64,000 nt of DNA, taken from Octopus vulgaris. Its lineage: Eukaryota. The position numbers and the translations under genes were made by a program. Below the pieces are notes generated by a model. That model was not told the origin of the DNA, searched no databases, and worked only from the letters and a program-made list of their open reading frames with translations. Location: positions 114,142,001 to 114,206,000 of the forward strand of contig OX597820.1 of assembly GCA_951406725.2 (NCBI GenBank), in the 5' to 3' direction. Positions 25,530 through 38,369 of this stretch are shown in pieces (the first letter of the stretch is position 1; every line of letters begins with the position of its first letter).

Positions 25530-26670
25530 ATATATAACAGTTTCTATCACATGCCTGTGGGGAAAACTAGAAGTAGTTGAGAGCTTCCATTACCTCGGTG
25601 ACAAAGTCAGTAGCAGAGGTGGATGCTCTGAGAATGTAACTGCTAGAATAAGAATAGCCTGGGCAATGTTCAGAGAGCTCCTACCTTTGCTGGTAACAAA
25701 GGGCCTCTCGTTCAGAGTAAATGGTAGACTGTATGACGCATGTGTGCGAACAGCCATGCTACACAGTAGTGAAACATGGGCTGTGACTGCTAAAGACATG
25801 CCTAAGCTTGCAAGAAATGAAGCTAGTATGTTCTGCTGGATGTGTAATGTCAGTGTGCATACACAACAGAGTGTAAGCGCTCTGAGAGAAAAATTGGACA
25901 TAAGAAGCATCAGATGAGGTATGCAAGAGAGACAATTGCACTGGTATGGTCATATGTTGCATATGGATGAGGCAGCTGTGTGAAAAAGTGTCACACTCTA
26001 ACAGTGGAGGGAATCTGTAGAAGAGGTAGACCCAGAGAGACCTGGGATGAGGTGGTGAAGCATGACCTTCAAACATTGGACCTCGTGGAGGCCAACAAGC
26101 GACTGAGACCTTTGGAGATATGCTGTGCTTGAGAAGACCTGGCAAGCCAAGTGAGACCGTAACTGTGGCCTATGCCTGTGTTGCATAACTGGCCTATTTA
26201 AGAGTACCCTTCAATCATTGGGCAATAAACTGTGCTTGAGAAGACCTGTTGAGTCAAGTGAAATCATTGTACTACCTGACTGGCAGCTGTGCCGGTGGTA
26301 TGTAAAAAGCACCATTCGAATGTGGTCGATGCCAATCCCACCAGACTGGCTTCTGTGCTGGTGGCACATAAAATGCACCATACAAATGTGGTTGTTGCCA
26401 TTCTCACCTGACTGGCTCCTGTGCCAGTGCTTTTAAAAAGTACCATTCGAGCATGGTTGATGCCAGTACCATCTGACAGGCCCTCATGCCAGTGGCACAT
26501 AAAAAGCACCCACTACACTCTCGGATTGGTTGGCATTAGGAAGGGCACCCAGCTGTAGAAACCCTGCCTGATCAAATTGGAGCCTGGTGCAGACTTCTGG
26601 CTTGCCAGTCCTCAGTCAAACTGTCCAACCTATGCCAGCATGGAAAAGGACGTTAAACAATAATGATGAT
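25530..26670 (+). mobile_element. 5'-truncated RTE LINE with 3' UTR and (GAT)n tail
   Basis: KLEVVESFHYLGD...ARIRIAW...RLYDACVRTAMLHSSETW, then the repeat-rich 3' UTR. Confidence 0.9.
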
Positions 26671-26683
26671 ATATACATATATA

Positions 26684-27078
26684 GGCGCAGGAGTGGCTGT
26701 GTGGTAAGTAGCTTGTTTACCAACCACATGGTTCCGGGTTCAGTCCCACTGCGTGGCACCTTGGGCAAGTGTCTTCTACTATAGCCTCGGGCCGACCAAA
26801 GCCTTGTGAGTGGATTTGGTAGACGGAAACTGAAAGAAGCCTGTCATATATATATATATATGTATGTGTATGTGTTTGTGTGTCTGTGTTTGTCCCCCCA
26901 ACATCACTTGACAACCGATGCTGGTGTGTTTACGTCCCCGTCACTTAGCGGTTCGGCAAAAGAGACCGATAGAATAAGTACTGGACTTACAAAAGAATAA
27001 GTCCCGGGGTCGAGTTGCTCGACTAAGGGCGGTGCTCCAGCATGGCCGCAGTCAAATGATTGAAACAAGTAAAAGAGT
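26684..27078 (+). mobile_element. tRNA-derived SINE family B. Other copies: 5646-5935 +, 14466-14865 -, 34948-35185 +, 54395-54757 -
   Basis: A/B-box-like TGGCTGTGTGG and GGTTCAGTCCC, CORE-like ACCTTGGGCAAGT, internal (TA/TG)n, tail GACTGAAACAAGTAAAAGA. Confidence 0.85.
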
Positions 27079-27434
27079 ATATATAAGCGTTGGGTATGTT
27101 CCTAGTAGTTAACCAATGAAGCACATTCACTGCCTGTGGCTACCTGGCTTCATCCATGGTAATTATGCAATTGTTGCTGGATCTACCTCAGGAATTCCTC
27201 AGTGTACATCGAGTATCTGATCAGATGCTGTATTAAATTCAAGCGAAATAGTTCATTTAACAAGATACTCCTTGTTACATCACACTTCTGCACCAAGGGT
27301 GCATCACAACTAGTTGTATAGCTTCCCACCTGCGACAGATTGATGCAGGATGTGTTGAAACGATTGTTGTGAGCAATAAAGTTTCCCATGCATTCCATTT
27401 CCTGACTCTATCATTCATTTATTTATATATATAT

Positions 27435-27734
27435 CACCGTGAGCGACCAGGCTATCAGATGTTGCTACACATCGCTGGTCACAATGCGCTTTGCATAGTT
27501 TTAGCCTTCAAATGATGCCACCCCATTGGCTAAGTGAGCAGGTCAACAGAAGAAATTGTGAGAGAAAGTTGTGGTGAAAGAGTACAGCGGGGATTGCCAT
27601 CACTCCCTGCCGGAGCCTCGTGGAGCTTTAGGTGTTTTCGCTCAATAAACACTCACAACGCCCGGTCTGGGAATCGAAACCGCGATCCTACAACCGCGAG
27701 TCCGCTACCCTAACCACTGGGCCATTGCGCCTCC
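27435..27734 (-). mobile_element. tRNA-derived SINE family C. Other copies: 57322-57630 -, related 15322-15610 -
   Basis: Minus strand GGCGCAATGGCCCAGTGGTTAG...GGTTTCGATTCCC head with conserved body; adjacent to (CA)n. Confidence 0.8.
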
Positions 27735-28439
27735 ACACACACACACACATACACATATATATATATAAAGCTAAGTGTGTCAAGCTAAGTAAAATCTGTC
27801 ATCCTTACATACAAGCATGTCCTTTGCAGGTGCCATGTAAAATGCACTCATGCCAGTTCTGTATGAACACACCCATGCTGGTGGCATGTAAAAAGCACCC
27901 ACCACACTCTGTAAAGTTGTTGGCATTAAGAAGGGCATCCAGCCATAGAAACCATGCTGAAACAGACAATTGCAGTCTGGACTGCTCTCCAGCTGCCCAG
28001 CTCCTGTCAAACCGTCCAACCCATGCCAGCATGGAAAATGGACGTTAAATGATGATGATATACACACACACACACACACACATATATATAAAAACCCACT
28101 TTAGTATTTTGGTGTTAACTTTCTCTTTTTGTTACATAAATATCATATTCGTTTGCTCATTTAACAAGAAAGCAAAGCTGGTTTCCATATTCAGTTTGTT
28201 GCCAATCAGAAGTGGAGCTAATATGTTACCCAGTTTAATGTTACCACTCCAGGCTCTCTATATAACCCCCTACATGGATGCTTGGCCTACTAGAAACTAG
28301 ATTATTTATCCCATTTATTTATTTAAGTAGTTACACCAGTTAAAGTTCATTCAGTCAAAATCTTTATACCGCTCTGTCACTTAGAATTTGGTAAATACCA
28401 GTAATATTGTTTCATTGAGGAAATTAAATAGTATGGAAA

Positions 28440-29150
28440 CATACATGACTAGTGGCCGAGACCTTTGAAAATATGCCGTGCGTGAGAAGACCCGGCAAGC
28501 CAAATGAGACCATAATCTCGTGGCCTATGTCAGGTGGGTTACCAGCCCACTTATTGTACCTTTTCCTTCTTTGGACACTAAAACTCTGCATGCAAAGACC
28601 TGTTCAGGCAAGTGAAATCAAAAATAAAATTCAATGACTGGCGTCTGTGCTAGCGGGGTGCAAAGAGCACCATACGAGTGTGATCATTGACAGAGCGGCT
28701 AACCAGCTTCCTTGCCAGTGGCACTTAAAAGGTACCATTCGAGTGTGATTGTTACCAGTGTGGCATTACTGGCACTCGAGCCCCATGCTAGTAGGGTATT
28801 AAGAGCACCATCCAAGTGTGATCGTTGCCAGAGCAGCTATCTGGTCTCCGTGCCGGTGGCATGTAAAAGACACCATTCGAGCGTGATTGTTACCAGCATC
28901 GCCTTACTGGCACCCGTGCCGGTGGCATGTGTGAAAGATTCGAGCGAGGTCGTTGCCAGTGCTGCTTGACTGACCCCATGCCGGTGGCACGTAAAAGCAC
29001 CCACTACACTCTCGGAGTGGTTGGCGTTAGGAAGGGCATCCAGTTGTAGAAACTCTGCCAGATCAAGATTGAAGCCTGGTTCGCCAGCCCTCAGTCAAAA
29101 TCATCCGACCCATGCTAGCATGGAAAGCGGACGTTAAACGATGATGATGA

Positions 29151-29155
<5 letters not shown>
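28440..29155 (+). mobile_element. RTE 3'-tail repeat. Other copies: 1-90 +, 2720-3230 -, 13830-14290 -, 23970-24565 -, 27820-28058 +, 37525-37720 +, 42730-42990 +, 45365-45560 +, 48185-48450 +, 51245-51619 +, 52195-52705 +
   Basis: Shared GTGCCGGTGGCACGTAAAAGCACC units, GGAAGGGCATCCAGCTGTAGAAA and CCAACCCATGCTAGCATGGAAAGCGGACGTTAAAC(GAT)n; same as the tail of the 25530 LINE. Confidence 0.88.
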
Positions 29156-29192
<37 letters not shown>

Positions 29193-30200
29193 CCATCTAT
29201 GTTACCAGAACATTCTAGAAATTCATAAAACTTCTAAAAAAAAAAAGTTCTAGAAAATTCTGCCTCAGCAGCTTGGCACTGAATCTGTCTGAAATGTAAT
29301 GGAAAATAGGTCAGTTTCAAAACATTGATATCCTGGTCACAAAAGCAAATTTTGAAGGGAATAGTAGTCATTTCCTTTTATTCTGCAAAGAAGCAAAAAG
29401 CAAATAAATAGAAAACAGAAAATAACACTAACTGACTAAAGACAAAAAAACAAAAAATTTTGTTACACAATCTTATTTATCTTCATCCTGAATATTCTAT
29501 TTTCTTTCCATACTCTCTTATTATGTGACTTCTTTAAATGCTGGTGATCTAATTAATATGCCCACCAGTAGAATAATTGGATTTACTGCCTGTCTTTGCT
29601 GTAGAATGGTAGTAAATTTGTGGGATCCTGGTGGACAGTCCATCCCAGGGCAGCATGGAAAATAGTCATTAAATGATGATTACGTCTTATCTCAAGGCAT
29701 TTTTAATAGTCATGCCATATTGACAGCTGAAACTAAAGCTACCTGTTGAGGTTTTTTTATTTTAAATTATCACCTGTATAGGCTCTATGAGAGACACTTA
29801 CCATGGTGAAAGGTGAGCAAGTTGGAGATTGTTAATTTGAAAGAAGCAGTATGTCCTTGTATATAATTAAGTTATGCCACAGATTCTTTGTGGTGGTAAC
29901 AGTGTGATAGATTAGGTTTAATGACAGGAATAAAGGTTTCATTTTAACGTCCTTATTACTGCCACCACTCAAAAGCTCAGACTTTTTCAGTTATATTTGG
30001 TGTTGACTGTTGTTGCAGTAAAGTACTATTAAATTATTCCCTCTATTTAGACATGATGTTAAAATGTAAGGACCTCTACCCACTTGGTGATGAAATAGCT
30101 AGAAACCATGACGCTATGTCATACATAAATACCTTTGGTCTTTAATTTGGTGTAGTGAATATGTACGTATATATATATATACATGTTTAATGACAGGAAT

Positions 30201-30430
30201 AAGGCGGCGAGCTGGCAGAACCGTTAGTGCGCCGGGCGAAATGCTTACCGGTAATTCGTCTGTCATTACGTTCTGAATTCAAATTCCGCCGAGGTTGACT
30301 TTGCCTTTCATCCTTTCGGGGTCGATAAATAAAGTACCAGTTTCGCACTGGGGTCGATGTAATCAACTTAATCCCTTTGTCTGTCCTTGTTTGTCCCCTC
30401 TATGTTTAGCCCCTTGTGGGCAGTACAAAA
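30201..30430 (+). mobile_element. tRNA-derived SINE family A, young copy. Tandem arrays at about 90-990 -, 17290-18610 mixed, 22720-23840 +, 40640-41110 -
   Basis: Head GGCGGCGAGCTGGCAGAA..GTTAG, B-box-like TTCAAATTCC, core TTGCCTTTCATCCTTTCGGGGTCGATAAA..AAGTACCAG. Confidence 0.85.
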
Positions 30431-31744
30431 AAAAATAAATATATATATATATATACATGTATGTATGTCTGTCATGTTTATGGAGGTGTGGCTTCAAGTC
30501 TCATAGATGTTAAATGATGATGATGTTGATGAAACATGCTCCACTGGATGTGCAGCATCATTGTGTGTAATAAAAGCAGTAAAAATGTGTTAAGAGAAGA
30601 CTGTGTTGGTGTGGACGTGATGTATATGGATGATCACTCACAGTTGATGGAACCTGTGGAAGATGGTGAGATAGTGGTGAAAGCTGATTTTGGATTGCAA
30701 AGACTCATGACAAGAGACTGTGATGATTGGTGATTTGTTGTACTCGAGAAGACTTACCCAGCAAGTCTTCTCAGTCACAACATTGTGAATGAGGCTTTCA
30801 AAACATAATGTATCTGCATGCTATTCATTCAACTGAACCCCTTTATCTCAAGCCATACTTATCCCTCATTCTTATCATCTACATTTCTATCTCATTCTTT
30901 GATTAATATTTATCTCTCACTCCTTTCCACTTGCAACCTTCACACCTCATCACCCTAACACATCCCTCCATCACTCTCCTTATCTACTATATTATTCTGC
31001 TATTGTAAGAAACCTGTTTCTATATACCTTGCTATCATTGTTTTGTTGATTTTTGTGTATCCATGCTATAATCTCTTAAATATGTTACCATGTAAATTCT
31101 GACTCCTTGAAATCACTATTTTCCTCTTTTGAGTCTCGCTCCAGCTTTCCCCAAGTAAAGTGCAAAGTAAAGTAAAGTAAAGTGAAGTGCAAATCTCCTA
31201 TAAATTTGTTCCTACTCTCTGTCAACATAATTTAATTATTTTGTTATCATGTTTCTGTTTAAATATACTGCCTTTGTTTCAGTTGATTTTGAAAATAATG
31301 AATAATTTATTAAAATAACTTTGCCTTTAAGTTGGTGGTTTTAAACAGGAAGTTTGTATTATAGAACCAGGGGCAATCTCGAATGAATTTGTATCAAAAT
31401 GGTTAAAGCATCCACTCTAATTCTAATCCTTCCTTTCATTTGAGAGGGCTCTTTAGTCTTGCAAGTTACAAAGCAACCCCTATAATGCTGGTGCCATGAA
31501 AAATGCACCCAGTACATTTTGTAAAGTGGTTGACATTAGGAAGAGTACCCAGTCAGAAATCAAACCAAAAATCATGCTTGCATAGAAAGCAGATCTGAAA
31601 TGATGACGAGGAGGATACTATAGAATATAATTTACAAAAGTATGACTTGAAACTGCATCTGGTGGTGGGAACCTGGTTTGGTGAATTCCAGTGTTTTGAA
31701 GAGTATGAAATAACCTCTTAGCTACTAATTGTTCCTAGGTCTAT

Positions 31745-32020
31745 TCCAACCATAAGTAGTAGCACTTGTCAGTCTCATCTATAGATTAAATAACATATAA
31801 CCACTTGAGCTAAGACATTTTGCAATCATGGGATGCAGTATGGTGGACGTGAACTATTTTGACGGATGAAGTTATTCAGTGAATACTCAATAACTTCATC
31901 CGCCAAAATAGTTCACGTCCACCATACTGCATCCCATGATTCCAAAATGTCTTAGCTCAAGTGGTTATATGTTATTTAATCTATAGATGAGACTGACAAG
32001 TGCTACTACTTATGGTTGGA
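31745..32020. repeat. Near-perfect 276-bp palindrome
   Basis: Arms of about 136 bp with about 3 mismatches and a loop of about 4 nt centred at 31882. Confidence 0.95.
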
Positions 32021-32302
32021 GTAAATATCACTAGATGCTGAGTGGATAAACAGAAAACAAAGGTCAAACCAATTCCAGTTAGCAAACTACTGCTATCATC
32101 TGTAGTTACTGCATGCACAGTTGAGCTTTTTCTTTTAGCAAAAGACCAATGTGACTGAAGCCTAGGCCAGACATTCACGTGCCATTGCTTGATGTCCAGA
32201 CTGAGCAAGTTGCCTCACCTGGACACACAGAAATGGAAAGTAACACTGGAAATGAATCAAAATAAAAAAAGCAAGAAAAAGGCATGCACACTATCAGCTA
32301 TA

Positions 32303-32498
32303 CCAGGGGTCTCCAAAATGGTCAATCTCAACCCCTGGGGTGGGGTTGATAGGGGCTATTCACAGGGTCAATAAATGCCTGAAACTGTACATCTATTTCA
32401 TTATTATCTATTTATTTTTTTTGTACATGCCTGAGGGTTGATGAGAGGTCAAGGATTCCATGAAGAGGTTGATGGTCTAAAAAGTTTTGGGACCCCTA
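32303..32498. mobile_element. hAT-like MITE
   Basis: CAGGGGTCTCCAAA ... TTTTGGGACCCCT inverted ends. Confidence 0.5.
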
Positions 32499-33982
32499 AT
32501 CTATACACTACATCGTGAAATATTGGTGTTCCTTATAATTTCTGAAGCAACCTTAAATACTCATGTCATTGTCATAAACAGCTGAGCATCCTCCTGGATC
32601 TCACCTGATACTTGGGATGGAAGGCCAACCATAAAAATCTTCATTCTTAGTAAATATCACAGGTTAAAAAGATTACTGAGATACCACTAGACTGCTCCTA
32701 CTTACATGTTTGTTGGGCCCTTTTATTCAGTATGTCATTATAGTAATCAACAGGCAGTAGACCGACCAGCAGATTGCTTGGGCTGGTTTCTTCAACAAAT
32801 TGGCAGGAGGATATTGCATTAAATTAGGATTTAGAGAATAAAATTCATTTTCGTTCTTGGTATTTTTTTTTTATGCTTTTAGATGCTTTATGTTCATTTT
32901 TTGTCTCCGTAGAAATTTAAGTAGCATGTCTGAAAATGAAAAAGAAAAATATATCATTTATAATATGACCTGGGTATGACTATAAATTGCATCCGTTAGT
33001 GAGGCTCTGGTACGGGAGTTCCAGTGTTTTGGGGAGTATGGAACTACCTCATAGCTACTATCGTTCCAGGTCTACTATGACCTGTTATGTCCCAACTATG
33101 GGTTAACTAGCATATGTGATGACAATCCATCTAAACGCGGAACGCGGTGATGTAGAAATACCCTTGGTTGGTGTCAGGGCGTGCAGTAAAGCCATCTCAC
33201 TGCGGCCTGTTACTCGGTACTAATCACAGAGACTGAGAGAGCAGTCCTCATATTGTACAAGCATTTATCACTGTAGTTCAATGACATACCAATGCCTGTC
33301 TGGTGACCTCATTTGTCATTCCATCTGGCAATGGAAAAGTAGCAACATGTGTAGACCAGTTGGAAGCACATAATGCGTTACGACTGTCACCTATACTTGA
33401 AAGCTCACAGATTTGCAGTGGGACTGAATAGTCATCTGAGAGGTCAAGGATGGACAATCAGAAATGCCATTGACAACAGTGAATTACTAAGAGATGGCAA
33501 TCATCAAGTATGGTGTTTTATTGCTAACAAAATATACTATACAACGGTAATTAAATCAGTTTAATAGTTTTAATAATAACAAACTCATTAAATATTATTT
33601 GCACGAATGTGGAATTCCTGAATGTCTACAAAAATTCTAAGCTGTACTAGTTTATGTTAAAAAAGTTGGGGGGGGGGGGGCTAATGCTGTTTCGCACCTC
33701 TCCCTGAAAATGCATTTTTTTGAAAAAAATTTTTTCGGATTTCCACATTTTAGATGTCAGAGATTATGATTTGCAAAAAAAAAATGTTTTTAACCCCCCC
33801 CCCCTCTAGTTTTGACTTTGTTTTCTATAAAGAGATCGTACCGAATTGACGAACATAAGCGTTTTACTTGTGTTTGCCTTAAATAATTGTAAATAATAAT
33901 TTAATGTAAATTAAATTTATTTCACTTGAAATTCTATAAGTTTTCAACAGCGATTTAGCAGACATCTAGCAAGGCCAAGCTA

Positions 33983-34027
33983 ATCCAGACTGATGAAGGG
34001 CAACTACCCTGGAACTAGTCTTTGAAT
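33983..34027 (+). ncRNA. Hammerhead ribozyme motif with GAAA changed to GGAA
   Basis: ATCCAGA-CTGATGA-AGGG CAACTA CCCT-GGAA-CTAG-TC-TTTGAAT: 4-bp stem II, palindromic stem III, GUC triplet. Confidence 0.7.
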
Positions 34028-35483
34028 GCTGGCGTTGTTGGTGCTTATCTCCCCTGTTTGAAAACTTAAGGACACAGAACGTTGTGTCACGTAGCAAACT
34101 GGAAACGGTGTTTCCTAGGGCTAAATAACAGTAACATTCTTCCCTTTCCTGGGACTGCCACATTAAGTCGGCAATAAACCATCACTTTATCGTACTGCTA
34201 CTGCATAACACTCTCAGAGAGATTTAGAAATACAATATTTCTAATTTTAAATATAAACCATTTTACGAGAAACAAACATTAATGTTATGAAGTTTAATAA
34301 GGGGTTCAAACCGCCCCCCTTTAACATTTTGAGCTTTTCATCCATTTATTTATGTGTCTGTCTATCTATTTATTCCTGTCCGTTTACTTATAAAATATAC
34401 TTGTCAACTAAATGTGGCGGTCCTATAGAAGACGGTGTTACTGTTGTATTTAGCCACAAGAAGACATATCTATCTATTTCTTTATATAGACATCTTATTG
34501 CTTATTGAATTTAAAATTTTGAAAACCAGGTTTCTTGCATATTCGAAATCTTCGTCATCTTAAACATAGGTGAAAAGAATTCGCTAAAGTTCAAAATTTT
34601 CGATGTGTGTGTGTGTTGGGGTTATTTATTATTATTATTATTATTTTGCATATTCGTAATCTCCGACATCTAAAACGTAGAAATTGGAAATTTTTTTTTA
34701 AAAAAAAGCATTTTTAAATGAGAGGTGCGAAACTGCTTTAGCTCCCCCTTCCCACCACAAAAAAAACTATAAACTGGTAATTAATTGGGTGTAATTAATC
34801 TTAGTGGCGTATTATTTTTTTTTTGTAAATTGGGTGACTGTAGCATATCATTTCAATGTGGTAACTTTATCGGCGGAGTTCGTATCCTTTCTACTTCTGT
34901 TGCTAAACATTGCAATTTAATAGCAATACTATTAAATTGCAATTATAGGCGCAGGAGTGGCTACCAACCACATGGTTCCGGGTTCATTCCAACTGCGTCT
35001 TTCGGGCCGACCGAAACCTCGTGAGTGGATTTGGTAGACGGAAACTGAAAGAAGTGCGTCGTATATATGTATATGTATATGTGTGTGTGTGTGTTTACGT
35101 CCCCGTAACTTAGCGGAGACCGATAGAATAAGTACGATGCTCCAGCATGGCCACAATCAAATGACTGAAACAAGTAAAAGAATACATAAATGGTGAGCTG
35201 GTAGAATAATTTTCGTCCGTCTCATGTTCTGAACTCAAATTGCGCTGAGGTTGATGATAAAATAAACACCAGTTGAGGACTGTAATCAACTTAGTACTTG
35301 TAATCAAGTCGATGTAATCAACTTAGTACTTTCCCGAAATTGCTGGCCTTTGTTAATATTTCTCGCTCCAAGGCCGAATCGTTAGCACGTCGGAAACAAA
35401 ATACCTTCGTATATTTGTTCCGTTCTGAATTTAAATCGTACAGAGATTAACTTCGCCTTTCGTCCTTATTCGATCAATAAAGT

Positions 35484-35765
35484 GGTACTACTAGCGAACA
35501 GTGGTCCCGGTGCGCGCTAGCTAGTCGTGACTAGTCGATCCTTACTTTGTGTTTTTGTGTTTTATTTACTTTGTTTAAAAAATTATTTACTTTGTGTTTT
35601 TGTGTTTTATTTACTTTGTCTAAAAAAATTATTTACTTTGTGTAAAAAAAATTATTTTGTGTTTTATTTACTTTGCTAGGTAGTCGTTGTAGGATCGACT
35701 AGTCACGACTAGCTTGCGCGACTACGCGTGTGCGCGCACCGGGACCACTGTTCGCCTGTAGTACC
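35484..35765. mobile_element. Mutator-like MITE (282 bp) with 9-bp TSD, inserted into a SINE
   Basis: Long TIRs GGTACTAC..GCGAACAGTGGTCCCGGTGCGCG; exact TSD CAATAAAGT at 35475-35483 and 35766-35774. Confidence 0.88.
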
Positions 35766-38369
35766 CAATAAAGTAAAGTACCAGTCGAGTAAGGGAGTCG
35801 ATATAATCGACAATACTCATCCCCCCCCCCCAAATCTCGTACTTCTTGTTAAAAAACAATATTACATCCAAAGCTATTTCCGGTGCTCTGCTTTATTAGT
35901 TCCCTTTAATCGTTGTCGAGTACTTTTGAGTCACCATTCTCCATAAAATAGTAATAATATTACGAAATATGCATATCCTTGTAGGTACTCGATGTAAATA
36001 TTGGGGGGAAATATCCAGAAGTAGAACAAATCTGATAACTGACCATGTAAGTTGAATCTTCTTTTCTTTAACTATCAATATTAAACTAGTTATAACTATA
36101 ATGGTAGTTTCTAATTACTTTAAAATAGCTTAGTGCCCGTAATATGCTTAACTAGAGTAAGTTATTGATCCACGAAGCGCTGGGATTTGCACTTACATAG
36201 CATGACTACTGAGCACGGTTTATGAAAATGTGACCATCATGCATACATAAAATAAAAAGTTAAAATATCTTCTTGGTATATAATAGTGGCAATATCATCT
36301 GAAAAGTCATTAGTTGAGCAATTAGTCCTCTTGCATTCTGTGGGGTATCGGAGCGTTTGAGCGACATTAGACCCTAATAAACGCAACATAAATTAAATGC
36401 ATCTATCTGGGCTACAATCGTGGCCCATCGATCTGTGCCTGGCAGCCACGATCGTGGCCCGTCAAGCTTTATATGTTAACTGGTTTACAAATTACAAAAT
36501 AATATTAGCTACTGACAGATATTTTTTATCTTCTTCGCTGCATCATTATTTTGACGAAGGTAAAGAATACGCACCCTAGGCGTTTAAGGGTTAGGGTTAC
36601 GCCGAAAAAAAGGGTGGTGTGCGTATTCTTTATCTCAGCCATTATTTTCCCTTTAATACTTAAATAGCTCAGTGGTACACAATGGATATATACACCTAAT
36701 AGGCATTTTGTGACGTTCGTTCGTTATACGGCGCACAGTTGTGAAAAATTCCTTCAAATGGGACGGAAACTACTGATTTCAGAAAAGCGAATATTTTTTT
36801 TATGAAATTTTCTACAAATACCTTTCAGATAGTATAGATTCCTGCACAATCTGAAAAATATTTGTGTTAAATTTCACTAATAAAATATCAAGGGGGTGTC
36901 ATTCTATATTTATGTGCATGTATGTATATTATGCATACGCACATAAACACACACATACACAAAAATACATAACCAAGCGATTCAGCTGAAAATATTACGG
37001 TAATTGCCGAACAAATAATTTCACTTTTAATAAACTTTCTGCGGCCAAAAATAGCATAACTATACAAATAACTACTTCTCAAAAATTTTTACCCCATGCC
37101 ACACTTTAATTTTACAAAAAACAAAGTGCACCTACCATGAACCAAGTATATATCATCATCTTTTATTTTTATTTCTGCTGAAGCTAAAAGCAAGTTTCTC
37201 TAAAATTATATTTCTGTATCATTCACTGCATTCACCTCTATCCATCTCCTTTTGCACATTTGCAAACTTACCTACCCACTTATCCTGTCCAATCTCTTGT
37301 ACTACATTTCTTTTAGTCACCCTCCTAAGACTAGGGAGTACACCCTGATACCTCTTCAACACCTTCTTTTATTTCAATCTTGAGTACCTATGTATCTCCT
37401 CTACAGCAAAACACCTATTCCTTGCCCTCTATCATACTTTAACCTCTCATTATCTTGCATAAAGCTGCCTCCTTCAATGCTATATCACACTCAGTTGATG
37501 AGTCTTGTATGTTACTAGATGACTTCATTAGTGCCAGTATCTTGTAAAAAGCACCCTGTACACTCTGTAAAGTGGTTAGTATTAGGAAGGGCATCAAGCC
37601 ATAGAAACCATGCCAGACAGTGGTACTTACTATAGTCCTCTGTATTGCCAGCTGCTGTTGAACTATCCAACCTATGCCAGCATGGAAAACATGTTAAATG
37701 GTGATGATGATGATAATGATCTTTTAACATCCTTTATCTATTCTGGCATGCATTGGATGTTTTGACAGGATCCAGTGGATTGAAGGACTGGACAGCCTTT
37801 CTAATGCCATCCATTTTACAACATACTGGGTACTTTTATTATGGTACCGTCACTAGTGCAGCTATCATGTAGCTCGCAAGACTAAGCTCCCCTTTGTCTG
37901 GGTAGGGCTACAGTTGAGAGGGATGTGGCCTTATCCATGAGAGCTTAAAATATGAAGAGAAAAAATCAAAACAAAACAGGATTCTTTCTTTTGAAGAAGT
38001 ACATGGCTACTTGCATAGAAAAGTGAACAGGAAGTTTTAATCAAAAGTTTATTGTAAGATTTATTAATTTTTACTTGGACCCCATTCTGAAGTCCCACAT
38101 TCCACCAAAATATTGCCATGCTCCACCTTGAGGAACAGGTCTTAAAACAAATTTAAATACTTTCTCACTAGTCACCCACAGTCTACCTCTTCTGTTTGTT
38201 GTAAAACTTTAAAGCTTAGTTTGTAGAATCTTCTTGTAGTAAGGATTCTCTGGTGTTCCATAGTGAAATCATGTCAAGTGGGAGAAGGGAGTAAGGCTTT
38301 GTTAAATAGATTTAATTTTTGTAAGAATGGAGTTTCTAATTTTGTTGTACTCCCAATTTCTGACTATTA

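Noticed and set aside
27650-27734. tRNA-like sequences (also at 26684 and 30201)
   Set aside because: They are SINE heads continuing into multi-copy SINE bodies; no complete cloverleaf.
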